From: a virus
Taxonomy: Duplodnaviria > Heunggongvirae > Uroviricota > Caudoviricetes
Strand: one strand, 5' to 3'
DNA length: 64,000 nucleotides
Virus record (IMG/VR): IMGVR_UViG_2713896908_000007
Below are positions 30,807 through 40,502 of the stretch, one piece after another. Under the pieces are notes generated by a model, which ran no database searches, was not told where the DNA came from, and saw only the letters and a list, made by a program, of their open reading frames with translations. Each line of letters opens with the position of its first letter. The stretch's first letter is position 1. The translations under genes were made by a program, and so were the position numbers.

Positions 30807-33800
30807 ATGAACAAGCTATCTATGGGGGTGTTTCGCTGTTCAAGCGTCAGCGAAATATTGAAATATATTAGGGCAATAACATCTCACCGAGCGCCGATTA
30901 AATACGGCGTGGAAAAGGTGGAAGGCAAAAGCTATGACCGACTGCGCCGGGAGGCGAATCAGAAGGCGATAGATTTGCTTAATTCGCTGGTGGACGGCGC
31001 GACACTGACAGATGAACAGCGCCAGATCCTGGCTGGGTACACCGGTGAAGGCGGCATTGGCGGGTCCGTCTCCGAATATTACACACCAAAGCCGATCGCT
31101 GAAGGTGTCTGGGAGATCATGAAGCTCTACGGCGCGGACGTAGGTAACACTCTGGAACCATCGGCGGGAACCGGCGTTTTTAATGAGACAAAACCGGTTG
31201 GTACGGTGATGACCGCGACTGAGATCAGCAGTGTTTCCGGTCGTATAAACCAGTTGTTACACCCGGAAGACAGCGTACAGATTTCCCCGTTCGAACAGCT
31301 GGCTATAAGCACGCCTAACGATTCATTCGACCATGTTGTGGGTAACGTTCCGTTCGGCGGTCGTGATAACACACGCAACATCGATAAGCCTTACGCAGAA
31401 GAAACGGACATGGGTTCTTACTTCATGCTCCGCATGCTGGACAAGATAAAGCCAGGCGGATTCATGTGCGTGATTGTGCCGCCGTCCATTGTTTCAGGTT
31501 CAAACATGAAGCGGTTACGCCTGCGCCTATCACGGAAAGCTGAATTTCTTGGTGCCCACCGCTTGCCTACCGGTACTTTTGACGCAAACGGGACCAGTAC
31601 AGTCGTTGATGTGGTGCTGATGCGCAAACATCCGGCAGAGATGGCTGAGAAAATCCCCCAGGTGGATGAAAGCACTCTTGAATCGGCAAATGTGCTTTGG
31701 CCAACGTTTATTTCAGGCAAGTGGTTTGAAAAGGACGGACGCCGGTTTGTTCATGGTGCCCAGGAAAAGGGCTTCCAGGGGCGTATTGAGGTTCGTGCCG
31801 ACGGGCAGATTGATAACCAGGCTCTTAAAACGAAGCTGATTCATCGTTTCGAAAGTCGTATCGACTGGTCTTTGCTCGATATGGCTGAACCGTCACCGAC
31901 CGCAGATGTTGTTGATGAAGGGGAAATGCGCCTGATTAATGGCGTATGGCAAAAATATGCTGGTGGTCGCTGGATTGAAGCTGATGCTGGTAAGGAGCTT
32001 AAGATTGATGCTGCCAGTTATGGCGCGGATAGCTGGGAGGCTCTTCAGCGTAACCTGACTACAACAGAAGGCCGTCTCGGTATGACATTTACCCAGATGG
32101 CAAATGTCCGCGATAAGTACACCACATCAATCAGCGACGATATGGTGCAGCTGGTGGACTGGATTAACAGCCAGCCTGAAAAATACCGTGAACGCTTGTA
32201 TCGCGGGGCGATGATTGGCCGGATGTTAATTGAATATCAGGACATGAAGGCCGCCGGGCATAGTGCTGAACAAATCGAACAGCAGCGCCTTTCTCTGGTA
32301 TCCCGTTTGCAGGCAGAGATTGATCGCTTTGGTAATCCTGGTCGCGGTCCTATAGCGAAATTGTCGGGGAGCGGTGCGCGCGCCTGGTTTGCTTTCCGTG
32401 GTGCGATTAAGCTGGATGGCACTATTTCTGACGAGCTGACAGGAAAGCTGGTTACGCATGATTCCAGCGCCAGTTATGACTCCACCAGCTATCAGGACAC
32501 CCTGCGTTATCTCTATAGCGATCTTACCCGCGATCCAATCCAGCTCGATGATTTCCGCCTTGCGTTTACCGGCGAACTGCCAGCCAGTGATGAAGAGTTG
32601 CTTAATTTATTGGCCAGCACCCCTGGTATTGCGGTTTCACCGTATGGCGGGATTGTTCCGTTCGCCCGCGCCACCAGCGGCGACATTAACGAGATAGTGG
32701 CTCCAAAACAGGAATTTCTTGCCACACTCCCCGACGGTCCAGTAAAGAACAACGTCCTTAATCAGCTGGCAGCGATCGAAGAGAAGCGCATCAAGACGCC
32801 AGCAGAGAATATCCGGTTTAAGCTCAATAGCCGTTGGTTTGACCGTTCCGTCATTCTGGAATTTTTGCAGGAAAACGGCTATCCGGATCTGCGCTATGTG
32901 CAGTCAGTGCAGCTGGAAGGCGACGAAATGGTTTCTGACACCTATCACGGTGGTGATGGTCTGTTCGTCGGGCACCGATACGGTGTCGTCCAGCGCAAGG
33001 ATAAAGAAACAGGCGAGATCCGCTACGAGTGGGACCGTAAATCAGGTGAAAACGCGACCGGGTTCCCGGCACAGCTGGAAAAGTATCTCAATGGTGCGCG
33101 TATCGGTGGCAAAGATAGCGCGACGGCGAACGGCTACCGCGAGCAGATGGCACTGCTTGAGGACCAGTTCAATAAGTGGATCAAGACGCACGATCGCTAC
33201 GATGAACTGGTTGCCAAATACAACGATGTGTTCAATAGCAATATCCCGTATGAACACTCTGGCGATCCGCTTGGGTTGAAGGGATTAAGCGGTAAGCGCC
33301 AGCCATTTGATTACCAGAATAGCGAGGTGCGCCGACTGTCCGAAGATGGGCGCGGCATCTTGGGCTTCGGCACCGGGCTGGGTAAAACCACGACCGCGCT
33401 GGCGCTTGAGGCGTTCAACTATGAGAACGGTCGCTCCACCCGTACTGCTTATGTAGTGCCTAAATCAGTGCTGGAAAACTGGTATTACGAAGCAAAAGAG
33501 TTCCTGAGTGAAGAGGCATTCAGTAACTACCTGTTCGTTGGTCTTGATGTGCTGATGGATGGCGATCAGATTCGCCAGGTGCCGGTGCTCGACGAGAACG
33601 GTAAACCTGTCCTTGGCGCTGATGGCGCTCCCGTTATGCGCGATGCTCTTAAACTGGCAGATGAAGCCACTATCACAGCAAGGATGAACGCGATTCCGCA
33701 CTCAAATTACCGTGCAGTCGTGTTTACCAAAGAACAATACGCCCGCATTCCGCTACGTGATGACACCGTAGATGAGCATGCACAAGACATGCTTTATGAC

Positions 33801-36581
33801 TTCGTTGCTGCCGGACGTGTGGCCAGCGCAATGGATTCCGACTCCCACCGCAAAGAGGCGGCGCGTCGCCGGGTATTGTCGGAGTATTCAGATACCGGTA
33901 CCGAAAAAGCAGAGAAGTATCCGTACTTTGAGGATATGGGCTTCGACAGCGTGATTGCTGACGAAGGCCACAACTACCGCAATAGCTATAAAAATGGTCG
34001 CGAAGCGTCACAGCTGGCCTATCTGCCCACCAGCGCGGTGGCGCAATCGGCGCGAGATATGGCAATCAAAAACGCGTACCTGATGAAAAAGAATGGCGGG
34101 CGCGGGCCGGTTCTCCTGAGTGCAACGCCAGTCGTTAACACCCCGATCGATGCATACAACATGCTTTCTCATGTTCTGCCGAAGGAATACTGGCAGAAGA
34201 TGGGGATCTACGGTCCTGATGACTTCGTTAAATTCTTCGGCAAGACCAGGCTGGAAACGGTACAGAAAATCAGCGGTGAAGTTGAAGAAAAAATGGCGCT
34301 GGTGGGCTTTGAAAACCTTGATGCGCTGCGCGGCATATTCCATCGCTGGACAACGCTTAAAACAGCGGAAGACGTTAAGGATACCGTGGAGATCCCGGAG
34401 CTGGACGAGCACCAGCAGGATGCACCACTTACTGAAGAACAACTGGCGGCGTATGAAGAATTGCGTCAGCAGGCGGAAGCGGCGGCCAAAGCCAACAATG
34501 GCGTAACGACCTCGGTCAATGAAGACGGCGTGATTGAGCACGAGAAAGCCCGTCCGATCTTCTCAATAATCAGGGATATGGACCGCGTATGTACTGACAT
34601 GGACCTGTACTATCGCCGGATCACCTATCGTTTCCTGCCGGAGTACGCCGATGCGGTGCAGCAGCTGGCGGACAGTTTGCCTAAACAAGCCACCAGCGAA
34701 GACGACGACAGTGATGATTCAATCACGCAGCAATCGCAATACTCCCTGATAGATAAGGGCGAGTTTATTCAGTTGCAGGTTCCGGAAGCGTTCGAGCAGG
34801 AAGTGAATAAGCGCCTGGCCAGGTTTGGCATTGACGAACAGACCGTAACTCACCCCGTTACGCCCAAATACGCGAAGCTGATTGCCACGCTGAAGGAGTT
34901 TTTCCCGGAAGGTAAGCAAATCATCTTCACCGATGAAAAAACGCAGCACCAGAAGCTCAAGCGCATTATCTGCAATGCTCTTAACCTTGAACCTTCAAAG
35001 GTGGGGATACTGAATGCTCAGACGGTTGCCGAGGCAGGTAAAACCGGTAAGAAACTGAAAGCGGTTAAACCGCCGAAAGAGTTACCGGATGAACCAACAG
35101 ATGCACAGATAGCGAAATACAACGAGCAAATGGCTCTGTATGACGCCTATATCGCGCAGCAAAATGAAATGTCGCTGGGCGGGCTGGAAAAGATTGCTGC
35201 CGACTTCCAGGAGGGCCGGACTCCGATCATCATCTGCAACAAAAAGGCAGAGGTGGGTATCAACCTGCATCGAGGAACGACTGACATCCATCATCTGACG
35301 TTGCCATGGACACCAGCCAGTATCGCACAGCGTAACGGTCGCGGTGCCCGAGTTGGCTCCAACCGTGCAAGCGTTCGCGTTCACTACTACTGCGGCAAGG
35401 GTTCTTTCGATGAATACCGACTGAAGACGCTGAAGCGTAAAGCAGGCTGGATCTCCGATATCCTCCGTTCAGATAAGTCAGAAATGGAGAACGCCGACGC
35501 CAACGATATGATCGAAATGCAGATGTATACCGCTAAGGATGATGGCGAACGTCTGGCAATGATGCAGGTTCAAATGGATAAGGCGAAAGCCGCGCAACGC
35601 GCTCGCCAGAAAGAACAGGCTACTATCGACCTTCAGAACTACATCAAGGCGCAGCACGCAGCTGGTGAGGATGTGGAGGTGCTTACCGCTGAATTAGAGC
35701 GAAGCAAAGCGGAACTTGAAAAGACCACCGCCGACGTCGCCAAATTCAAACAGGCGGTAATGGCCAAAGCAGCTGATAACGCAGACTGGAAAGCCCGCTG
35801 GGGTAGCGTCCATCACACAGACCGTACGTTGTTAGCACAGTATCGCGCGTCGTTGAAAAGCGCCATTCAGCGCAAGGCTAATATCTCTCAAGCCATCTCC
35901 CGCTATGAGAAATTATTGAACCGTACTCAGAAGGCCGCGACGGATATCAAACGCCTGCGCCCGCTGGTGGAGGATGCAATAAATAAAGGCATTATGGATG
36001 TTGATCCTGACTTGGTTAACCATGCGAGTGAGTTCCTTGTTATCGGCGATCGCTCATGGCGTGTAGGCCAATACTACGATTGTGCCGGTGATATCGTTCG
36101 CATTAAGTCGCTGGACTTCGACAGCCAGCGCGCAGACGTGGAGATTATCTTTACCTTCAAAGGTACCAAATCGGGTAACTGGGATGTGAAGACGCTGGAT
36201 AAACAGGTTGATGTAACTCCCGATGAAGATGCTGTTATGCAGAAAATCAGTGGTGGCGTCTCCATCGCCGGGATTAACGACATCATTTCCTGTGACGATT
36301 TCTACCGTTTCCAGCAGCGCGGCATGATCAAAATCACTGACTCATACGGCGTTCAGACTACAGAGTCAGGCTATAGCATTGATTTTGTTGGTACCTATAC
36401 GGACCCACTGAAGCATGCGGTTTACCCGGATCGCCGTGACGGCGCGCTGAAGTCGTCAATTGCAAAATGGGTGCTTGGTATGATGTCGGAAGGGAATAAC
36501 CGCCAGATCCGTTCGGCAGAAACATTCCTGGTTGAACTGTTTGGCTCCAATTATGGCGATGGGAGATACGCTATCCCCTGA
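30807..36581 (+). CDS. darB: antirestriction methyltransferase-helicase (P1 DarB-like)
   Basis: 1924-aa ORF; N6-adenine methyltransferase motifs (EPSAGTGVF, GNVPFGG); SF2 helicase motifs (GTGLGKTT, VIADEGH, QRNGRGAR). Confidence 0.85.
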   Translation: MNKLSMGVFRCSSVSEILKYIRAITSHRAPIKYGVEKVEGKSYDRLRREANQKAIDLLNSLVDGATLTDEQRQILAGYTGEGGIGGSVSEYYTPKPIAEGVWEIMKLYGADVGNTLEPSAGTGVFNETKPVGTVMTATEISSVSGRINQLLHPEDSVQISPFEQLAISTPNDSFDHVVGNVPFGGRDNTRNIDKPYAEETDMGSYFMLRMLDKIKPGGFMCVIVPPSIVSGSNMKRLRLRLSRKAEFLGAHRLPTGTFDANGTSTVVDVVLMRKHPAEMAEKIPQVDESTLESANVLWPTFISGKWFEKDGRRFVHGAQEKGFQGRIEVRADGQIDNQALKTKLIHRFESRIDWSLLDMAEPSPTADVVDEGEMRLINGVWQKYAGGRWIEADAGKELKIDAASYGADSWEALQRNLTTTEGRLGMTFTQMANVRDKYTTSISDDMVQLVDWINSQPEKYRERLYRGAMIGRMLIEYQDMKAAGHSAEQIEQQRLSLVSRLQAEIDRFGNPGRGPIAKLSGSGARAWFAFRGAIKLDGTISDELTGKLVTHDSSASYDSTSYQDTLRYLYSDLTRDPIQLDDFRLAFTGELPASDEELLNLLASTPGIAVSPYGGIVPFARATSGDINEIVAPKQEFLATLPDGPVKNNVLNQLAAIEEKRIKTPAENIRFKLNSRWFDRSVILEFLQENGYPDLRYVQSVQLEGDEMVSDTYHGGDGLFVGHRYGVVQRKDKETGEIRYEWDRKSGENATGFPAQLEKYLNGARIGGKDSATANGYREQMALLEDQFNKWIKTHDRYDELVAKYNDVFNSNIPYEHSGDPLGLKGLSGKRQPFDYQNSEVRRLSEDGRGILGFGTGLGKTTTALALEAFNYENGRSTRTAYVVPKSVLENWYYEAKEFLSEEAFSNYLFVGLDVLMDGDQIRQVPVLDENGKPVLGADGAPVMRDALKLADEATITARMNAIPHSNYRAVVFTKEQYARIPLRDDTVDEHAQDMLYDFVAAGRVASAMDSDSHRKEAARRRVLSEYSDTGTEKAEKYPYFEDMGFDSVIADEGHNYRNSYKNGREASQLAYLPTSAVAQSARDMAIKNAYLMKKNGGRGPVLLSATPVVNTPIDAYNMLSHVLPKEYWQKMGIYGPDDFVKFFGKTRLETVQKISGEVEEKMALVGFENLDALRGIFHRWTTLKTAEDVKDTVEIPELDEHQQDAPLTEEQLAAYEELRQQAEAAAKANNGVTTSVNEDGVIEHEKARPIFSIIRDMDRVCTDMDLYYRRITYRFLPEYADAVQQLADSLPKQATSEDDDSDDSITQQSQYSLIDKGEFIQLQVPEAFEQEVNKRLARFGIDEQTVTHPVTPKYAKLIATLKEFFPEGKQIIFTDEKTQHQKLKRIICNALNLEPSKVGILNAQTVAEAGKTGKKLKAVKPPKELPDEPTDAQIAKYNEQMALYDAYIAQQNEMSLGGLEKIAADFQEGRTPIIICNKKAEVGINLHRGTTDIHHLTLPWTPASIAQRNGRGARVGSNRASVRVHYYCGKGSFDEYRLKTLKRKAGWISDILRSDKSEMENADANDMIEMQMYTAKDDGERLAMMQVQMDKAKAAQRARQKEQATIDLQNYIKAQHAAGEDVEVLTAELERSKAELEKTTADVAKFKQAVMAKAADNADWKARWGSVHHTDRTLLAQYRASLKSAIQRKANISQAISRYEKLLNRTQKAATDIKRLRPLVEDAINKGIMDVDPDLVNHASEFLVIGDRSWRVGQYYDCAGDIVRIKSLDFDSQRADVEIIFTFKGTKSGNWDVKTLDKQVDVTPDEDAVMQKISGGVSIAGINDIISCDDFYRFQQRGMIKITDSYGVQTTESGYSIDFVGTYTDPLKHAVYPDRRDGALKSSIAKWVLGMMSEGNNRQIRSAETFLVELFGSNYGDGRYAIP

Positions 36582-37560
36582 AGCAATTCAGGAGAAAATA
36601 GCGGATGCGATCGCCAGAATGCCGGAAAAAACAAACCAGGGGGCTACTCGTAACGGGGATTCTGAACTTGAAGTCACCAATGCCATTTTCGGTACCAATG
36701 AGTTCCGGGCGTCAGATTATGAGATCACCACAGCACAGTTTGGCACCATTGGCATTTACAGCAATAAAGACGAGATCAAGCAGGCAATGGACGCAGCAAG
36801 TGCGCGCATTGCAGCAGAACGGAAAGCCAATCTGAATCATGCAGTCGCCGCGCTGACTCAATCGTGGGTAACAGCAATCAGGGAGGCCGCCACCACAGGA
36901 AAAATCACACCGGCAATTGCGGATGTCGTAAACGACGGCTCTAAATTTATGGATGCCTATCAAATGGATGCGGTGCAGTTGCCATCAGCCTATGGCCAAC
37001 TCAGCTATCGCATGACCTACAACCTGGTATCAATGTTTTCCGACCTTGCCATCCTTGGGCTGGTGGACCTTAACGAGGTTACGCCGGAATTGCTCAGCAT
37101 GCGCAAGAACCATGTGGAGATATTGCACAGAATTAACACGGTACTTTCCGGGCGCACCGATGAAGAGAAACAGGCAGACGCTGATCGGATAAACCTAGCC
37201 CTTGGCAACATCACGGAGGAAGAAATTGCCGCCAGAAACGAGAAACAAGAAGAGTTATCATCAATACAGGGTGATGCCACCAGCATAGCTCAGTCTCTTG
37301 GTCTGAATTATCGCGTATCCACCGCCGACCTGAAGATGATGTACGCACCAAAATTCGCCGCTGGCGAGGTATTTGGGCTTCAGGAAGCCTCAGGCATGAA
37401 AGGCGTTCTTTTCCGTGCGAAAGACGCAATCAAGGCGAAATTCGGCGCTCGCTGGCTGCCAGCGAAGGCGAAGAACAGCGATTTCCCGGGTAACTGGTGG
37501 ATTATCGAGACAAAACACAACGTGGCGGACGTTCTGGCCGTCATCCAACAATACGCATAA
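36553..37560 (+). CDS. downstream ORF overlapping DarB-like 3-prime end (separate gene or frameshifted DarB C-terminal segment)
   Basis: Track ORF 36532..37560 (342 aa, TTG); first ATG at 36553; +1 frame relative to DarB-like ORF with 29-50 nt overlap. Confidence 0.45.
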   Translation: MAMGDTLSPEAIQEKIADAIARMPEKTNQGATRNGDSELEVTNAIFGTNEFRASDYEITTAQFGTIGIYSNKDEIKQAMDAASARIAAERKANLNHAVAALTQSWVTAIREAATTGKITPAIADVVNDGSKFMDAYQMDAVQLPSAYGQLSYRMTYNLVSMFSDLAILGLVDLNEVTPELLSMRKNHVEILHRINTVLSGRTDEEKQADADRINLALGNITEEEIAARNEKQEELSSIQGDATSIAQSLGLNYRVSTADLKMMYAPKFAAGEVFGLQEASGMKGVLFRAKDAIKAKFGARWLPAKAKNSDFPGNWWIIETKHNVADVLAVIQQYA

Positions 37561-37581
37561 CAGGAGCGCCCGGTTCGCCGG

Positions 37582-38034
37582 GTGTCGCATAATATGGCCA
37601 CACTATCTGATACAATAAAACCGAATAAAACATATCTTGAGGCGGTACTCCGTACAGCGTTGTTAGGAAAGACAGAAGACGAATACGTTGATTTCTTCCT
37701 GTCAGGGCTACGCGGGCGATTACTGAAAAATCCCCGCCTGTACCGCAGCTATGGTCCATACTGGCCGGAAATTAAAAAATTATTACTGGAGCGCGGTTAT
37801 GGTAATTTCGGTCGTCTCGTTGACCGTGACGTTCGCAAAATTTACCGTTATGACCGCCCGGCGCTAACACTCATAGCCGCGACGCTCTACAGCCAGGAGC
37901 GTTTTGATAATGGTCAGATATACTCAGCCTGGCATTTACTGCCAGTGCCTGAAGAAGTTGACGACCAGGACTATGAGTTTGAGTCTTACGATTTGGAAGT
38001 TGAAGCCTTGGCACAGGCTGGAGAGAAAACTTGA
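37582..38034 (+). CDS. hypothetical protein
   Basis: 150-aa ORF, co-directional, 21 nt after previous stop. Confidence 0.5.
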   Translation: MSHNMATLSDTIKPNKTYLEAVLRTALLGKTEDEYVDFFLSGLRGRLLKNPRLYRSYGPYWPEIKKLLLERGYGNFGRLVDRDVRKIYRYDRPALTLIAATLYSQERFDNGQIYSAWHLLPVPEEVDDQDYEFESYDLEVEALAQAGEKT

Positions 38035-38279
38035 AAAAGCGATACTACACAGTAAAGCATGGGACGCTACGAGCATTACAAGAGTTTGCTGACAAGCATA
38101 ACGTTGAGGTGCGCAGGGAAGGGGGAAGTAAAGCTCTGCGCATGTACCGTCCTGACGGAAAATGGCGGACGGTCGTCGATTTCAAAACTAACAGCGTTCC
38201 CCAGGGCGTCCGCGACCGGGCATTCGAAGAATGGGAGCAGATCATCATAGATAATGCATTGCTTCTGAATGCTGATTAA
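38031..38279 (+). CDS. lxc: small regulatory protein (P1 Lxc/Bof-like by size and position)
   Basis: 82-aa ORF, ATGA-coupled; P1 Lxc is remembered as 82 aa at this position. Confidence 0.5.
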   Translation: MKKRYYTVKHGTLRALQEFADKHNVEVRREGGSKALRMYRPDGKWRTVVDFKTNSVPQGVRDRAFEEWEQIIIDNALLLNAD

Positions 38280-38290
38280 TGGTTTTGTTT

Positions 38291-38325
38291 CCCGGTATCG
38301 TATTATACCGGGAAATATCTTTTTA
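38291..38325 (+). terminator. stem-loop, possible terminator
   Basis: cccggtat/ataccggg stem; T-run begins 7 nt after the stem. Confidence 0.4.
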
Positions 38326-38327
38326 TA

Positions 38328-38735
38328 TTAACCCGCGGCTGCAATTAGTGCTGACCCAACCGCCAGTGTGGTGACAAGGCCTATAATGACCACTGTCGCT
38401 GTTACCCCTCCTGCAACAGCAGCTCCAGTCTTTGTTTTGGATAACTCTTTCTTTTCTAGAGAAATGATTTCACCCATAGGAATAGACTGGTTGTTAATAC
38501 CATTGATATATTGTGGGGTAACTTTCGATACTGTCATTTCACCTTCGCTACCTGATTTTAACTTGTATTTAATTAGGTCACCAGCATATATCGGCGGCTC
38601 CGTTAAATAATAGGTACTTCTTTCAAGATTTTTCTGCTGTATGTTAACTCCCTGATAAGACTGACATCCACATAACACAAGCGATAAAATTAGCGTTGTC
38701 AGTAATTTTCTTTTGTTTTTTATCATTGCCAGCAC
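38328..38735 (-). CDS. AT-rich lipoprotein with C-terminal Gly/Ala-rich membrane segment
   Basis: 135-aa ORF; signal peptide with lipobox-like LVLCGC; C-terminal AVAGGVTATVVIIGLVTTLAVGSALIAAAG; AT-rich with AT-rich upstream region. Confidence 0.6.
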   Translation of the reverse strand: MLAMIKNKRKLLTTLILSLVLCGCQSYQGVNIQQKNLERSTYYLTEPPIYAGDLIKYKLKSGSEGEMTVSKVTPQYINGINNQSIPMGEIISLEKKELSKTKTGAAVAGGVTATVVIIGLVTTLAVGSALIAAAG

Positions 38736-38860
38736 TCCTTCTCCTTTTCTTTGTATAGCTAAAACACATTATTTATTCTTGTCAAATAGTTTTGAGTTTG
38801 AGAGTGAGGTTTGCGTGACGACGCTCTAAAAGTTGCAGATAGCGGTAAAGATAATTTTAT

Positions 38861-39502
38861 TTACAATATGTTACCTTTTCCGGTAAGTATGCCTTGCGGT
38901 ACTTTACTTTCCCCCATTAGTTGAGTGGCATGAATGATATTAATAAATGACATTAGTTGTGATGAACTCTTATTAACATTTATCTCTCCTGCCATTGCCC
39001 TAATGTAGTCGGCGCTTGCAACGTTGTTATATTCCGTTGCGAAGCAGCATAACAACGTCAGAACGTGCTCTGTCGTTATTTCGCTCCAGTTGATGTTGAA
39101 AAATTCATCGCCTTTTTTGTCATGTTCGGAATCGAAGATGCTTTGGTGGAGGATGTATTTGCCGGATTCCTTGCGCGGTAACTTGATCGCTTTCTGGCGT
39201 TCCAATTCCTTGTAAATCTGCATTGCTTCAATCAGTACCGGCCTGCCGTTCATGAAGGGATCGCGCAACCTTACACGCTGGCCAACTCGACCAGTAATAA
39301 AGCTGTTTTCCTCTTCCACCAGCACGATAAAACCCTTTTCCTCTTTTTCTCGCAATTCGCGCAGCAGCTGGAGTTCCATATCGCGGCGGCGTTCAGGGTA
39401 GCTGGTCCGCTCAGCCATTATCAGCTCGTTATTGATCCATGCAGCAGTCATTGACGCCGGTTTGCCGACGTTCATCGAAACAACGCATATTTTCTTATCC
39501 AT
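38861..39502 (-). CDS. mat: particle maturation protein (P1 Mat-like by synteny)
   Basis: Track ORF extends to 39649 but a late-promoter motif lies at 39633-39651; ATG at 39502 (MDKKIC…) with GGGGG RBS preferred. Confidence 0.5.
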   Translation of the reverse strand: MDKKICVVSMNVGKPASMTAAWINNELIMAERTSYPERRRDMELQLLRELREKEEKGFIVLVEEENSFITGRVGQRVRLRDPFMNGRPVLIEAMQIYKELERQKAIKLPRKESGKYILHQSIFDSEHDKKGDEFFNINWSEITTEHVLTLLCCFATEYNNVASADYIRAMAGEINVNKSSSQLMSFINIIHATQLMGESKVPQGILTGKGNIL

Positions 39503-39632
39503 AGCGCCCCCTACAAAAAAGAAAAGCCACCAGCGGCGGCTTAGCAATACAACTGAAGGTAGCGCCCGGTACTCAGACTGTGCCGTCCATGGAATATTTG
39601 AAAAGGGATCCATCCGTACCGGGCGTGTGATG

Positions 39633-39651
39633 ATTCTGACTGAAGTCACTT
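39633..39651 (-). promoter_or_regulatory. candidate late promoter (AAGTGACTT-N4-CAGAAT) for mat
   Basis: Perfect AAGTGACTT palindrome 40 nt downstream of ref stop. Confidence 0.45.
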
Positions 39652-39691
39652 GTCAGTTGTCAATCATTTATTATTAAAAATAATATATTTA

Positions 39692-40252
39692 TTAGTGCAT
39701 GACGTTTGCCATCTCGTAAGCGTCAGCCAGCAACTCCATCTCTGACTTGTTCAGCAAGGTGAATTCTTTCTTGCCTCCAACCACACCATCGGCATGAACA
39801 GGGACCAGCCAGGGGTATTTTGCTCTTACTTCAGCCGGTGCTGCATGCTGGTGGTGCCATCTACAAAGAGGCAATTGCTTTTTATGACAACCCGGCGCGG
39901 TACGACCGGCGATATGGTGCAGAGACACCTCATTAGATATTACTCCATGCATATAGCAGGCAATGCAGGGGAGAGCGCCAAGAGCATTGGCGATGCGCCG
40001 TTCCTCCGCCGTTGGTGTTCTCCCCTTCAAGCCACGAGATTTTATTTTTACCGCGCTTTTCCGCGTTTTGCTGGCTGGTGGGCGTTCTTTCTGTTTAGCG
40101 ATACGGCGGTCGATAGTATCCCGCATTTTCTGATATTGAGATTCTCGCCAGACCGGATCAGCCAACTTCTCCCGTTGCCGAGCGATCGCTCGTTCTCTGG
40201 CTGCCTTCTGCCACTTACGGTGCTGTTCAATTTTTTGTTCGATTGTTTTCAT
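39692..40252 (-). CDS. ref: HNH-family recombination enhancement nuclease Ref
   Basis: 186-aa ORF; MKTIEQKIEQHRKWQKAARERA… with HNH-type core …SLHHIAGR…CRWHHQ…; position cre-cra-ref-mat as in P1. Confidence 0.85.
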   Translation of the reverse strand: MKTIEQKIEQHRKWQKAARERAIARQREKLADPVWRESQYQKMRDTIDRRIAKQKERPPASKTRKSAVKIKSRGLKGRTPTAEERRIANALGALPCIACYMHGVISNEVSLHHIAGRTAPGCHKKQLPLCRWHHQHAAPAEVRAKYPWLVPVHADGVVGGKKEFTLLNKSEMELLADAYEMANVMH

Positions 40253-40255
40253 AAG

Positions 40256-40283
40256 GTAAAAAAAAGGCGGCCTTTAGGCCGCC
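40256..40283 (-). terminator. hairpin plus U-tract immediately upstream of ref start (terminator/attenuator-like)
   Basis: ggcggcc-ttta-ggccgcc followed on the minus strand by nine T, ending 4 nt before the ref ATG. Confidence 0.45.
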
Positions 40284-40350
40284 AATGATTTCAAAGGAGT
40301 AGGTAATGGCCATGTGTTCGTAGTTGACTCACGCCACCTCTAAATTATAA

Positions 40351-40367
40351 CAACAAATTAGAGCAAT
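40351..40367 (-). promoter_or_regulatory. C1 operator-like site upstream of ref
   Basis: caacaaATTAGAGCAAT; 11-bp core ATTAGAGCAAT conserved. Confidence 0.5.
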
Positions 40368-40473
40368 GATAGCTATTTTATTTATCGCGAATCACATTCT
40401 TTCACTTTGGCACCTATGTGCTATACTCGTTCTTGATTGATTGGATGCGGAATACAAACCCGCTTTTTTGTGC

Positions 40474-40502
40474 AGCCTGGCTCCTTGCCAGGCTTTTTTT
40501 AT
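40474..40502 (+). terminator. plus-strand terminator overlapping the cra 3-prime end
   Basis: agcctggc-tcctt-gccaggct followed by seven T; a weaker hairpin plus T6 lies at 40446-40470. Confidence 0.5.

Noticed and set aside
31127-34541. Multiple minus-strand ORFs (84-177 aa) within the DarB-like gene
   Set aside because: All lie antisense inside a 1924-aa ORF with clear methyltransferase and helicase motifs.
38280-38860. Searched for type III res/mod genes between the Lxc-like gene and mat
   Set aside because: Interval is only about 600 bp and holds a single lipoprotein ORF.
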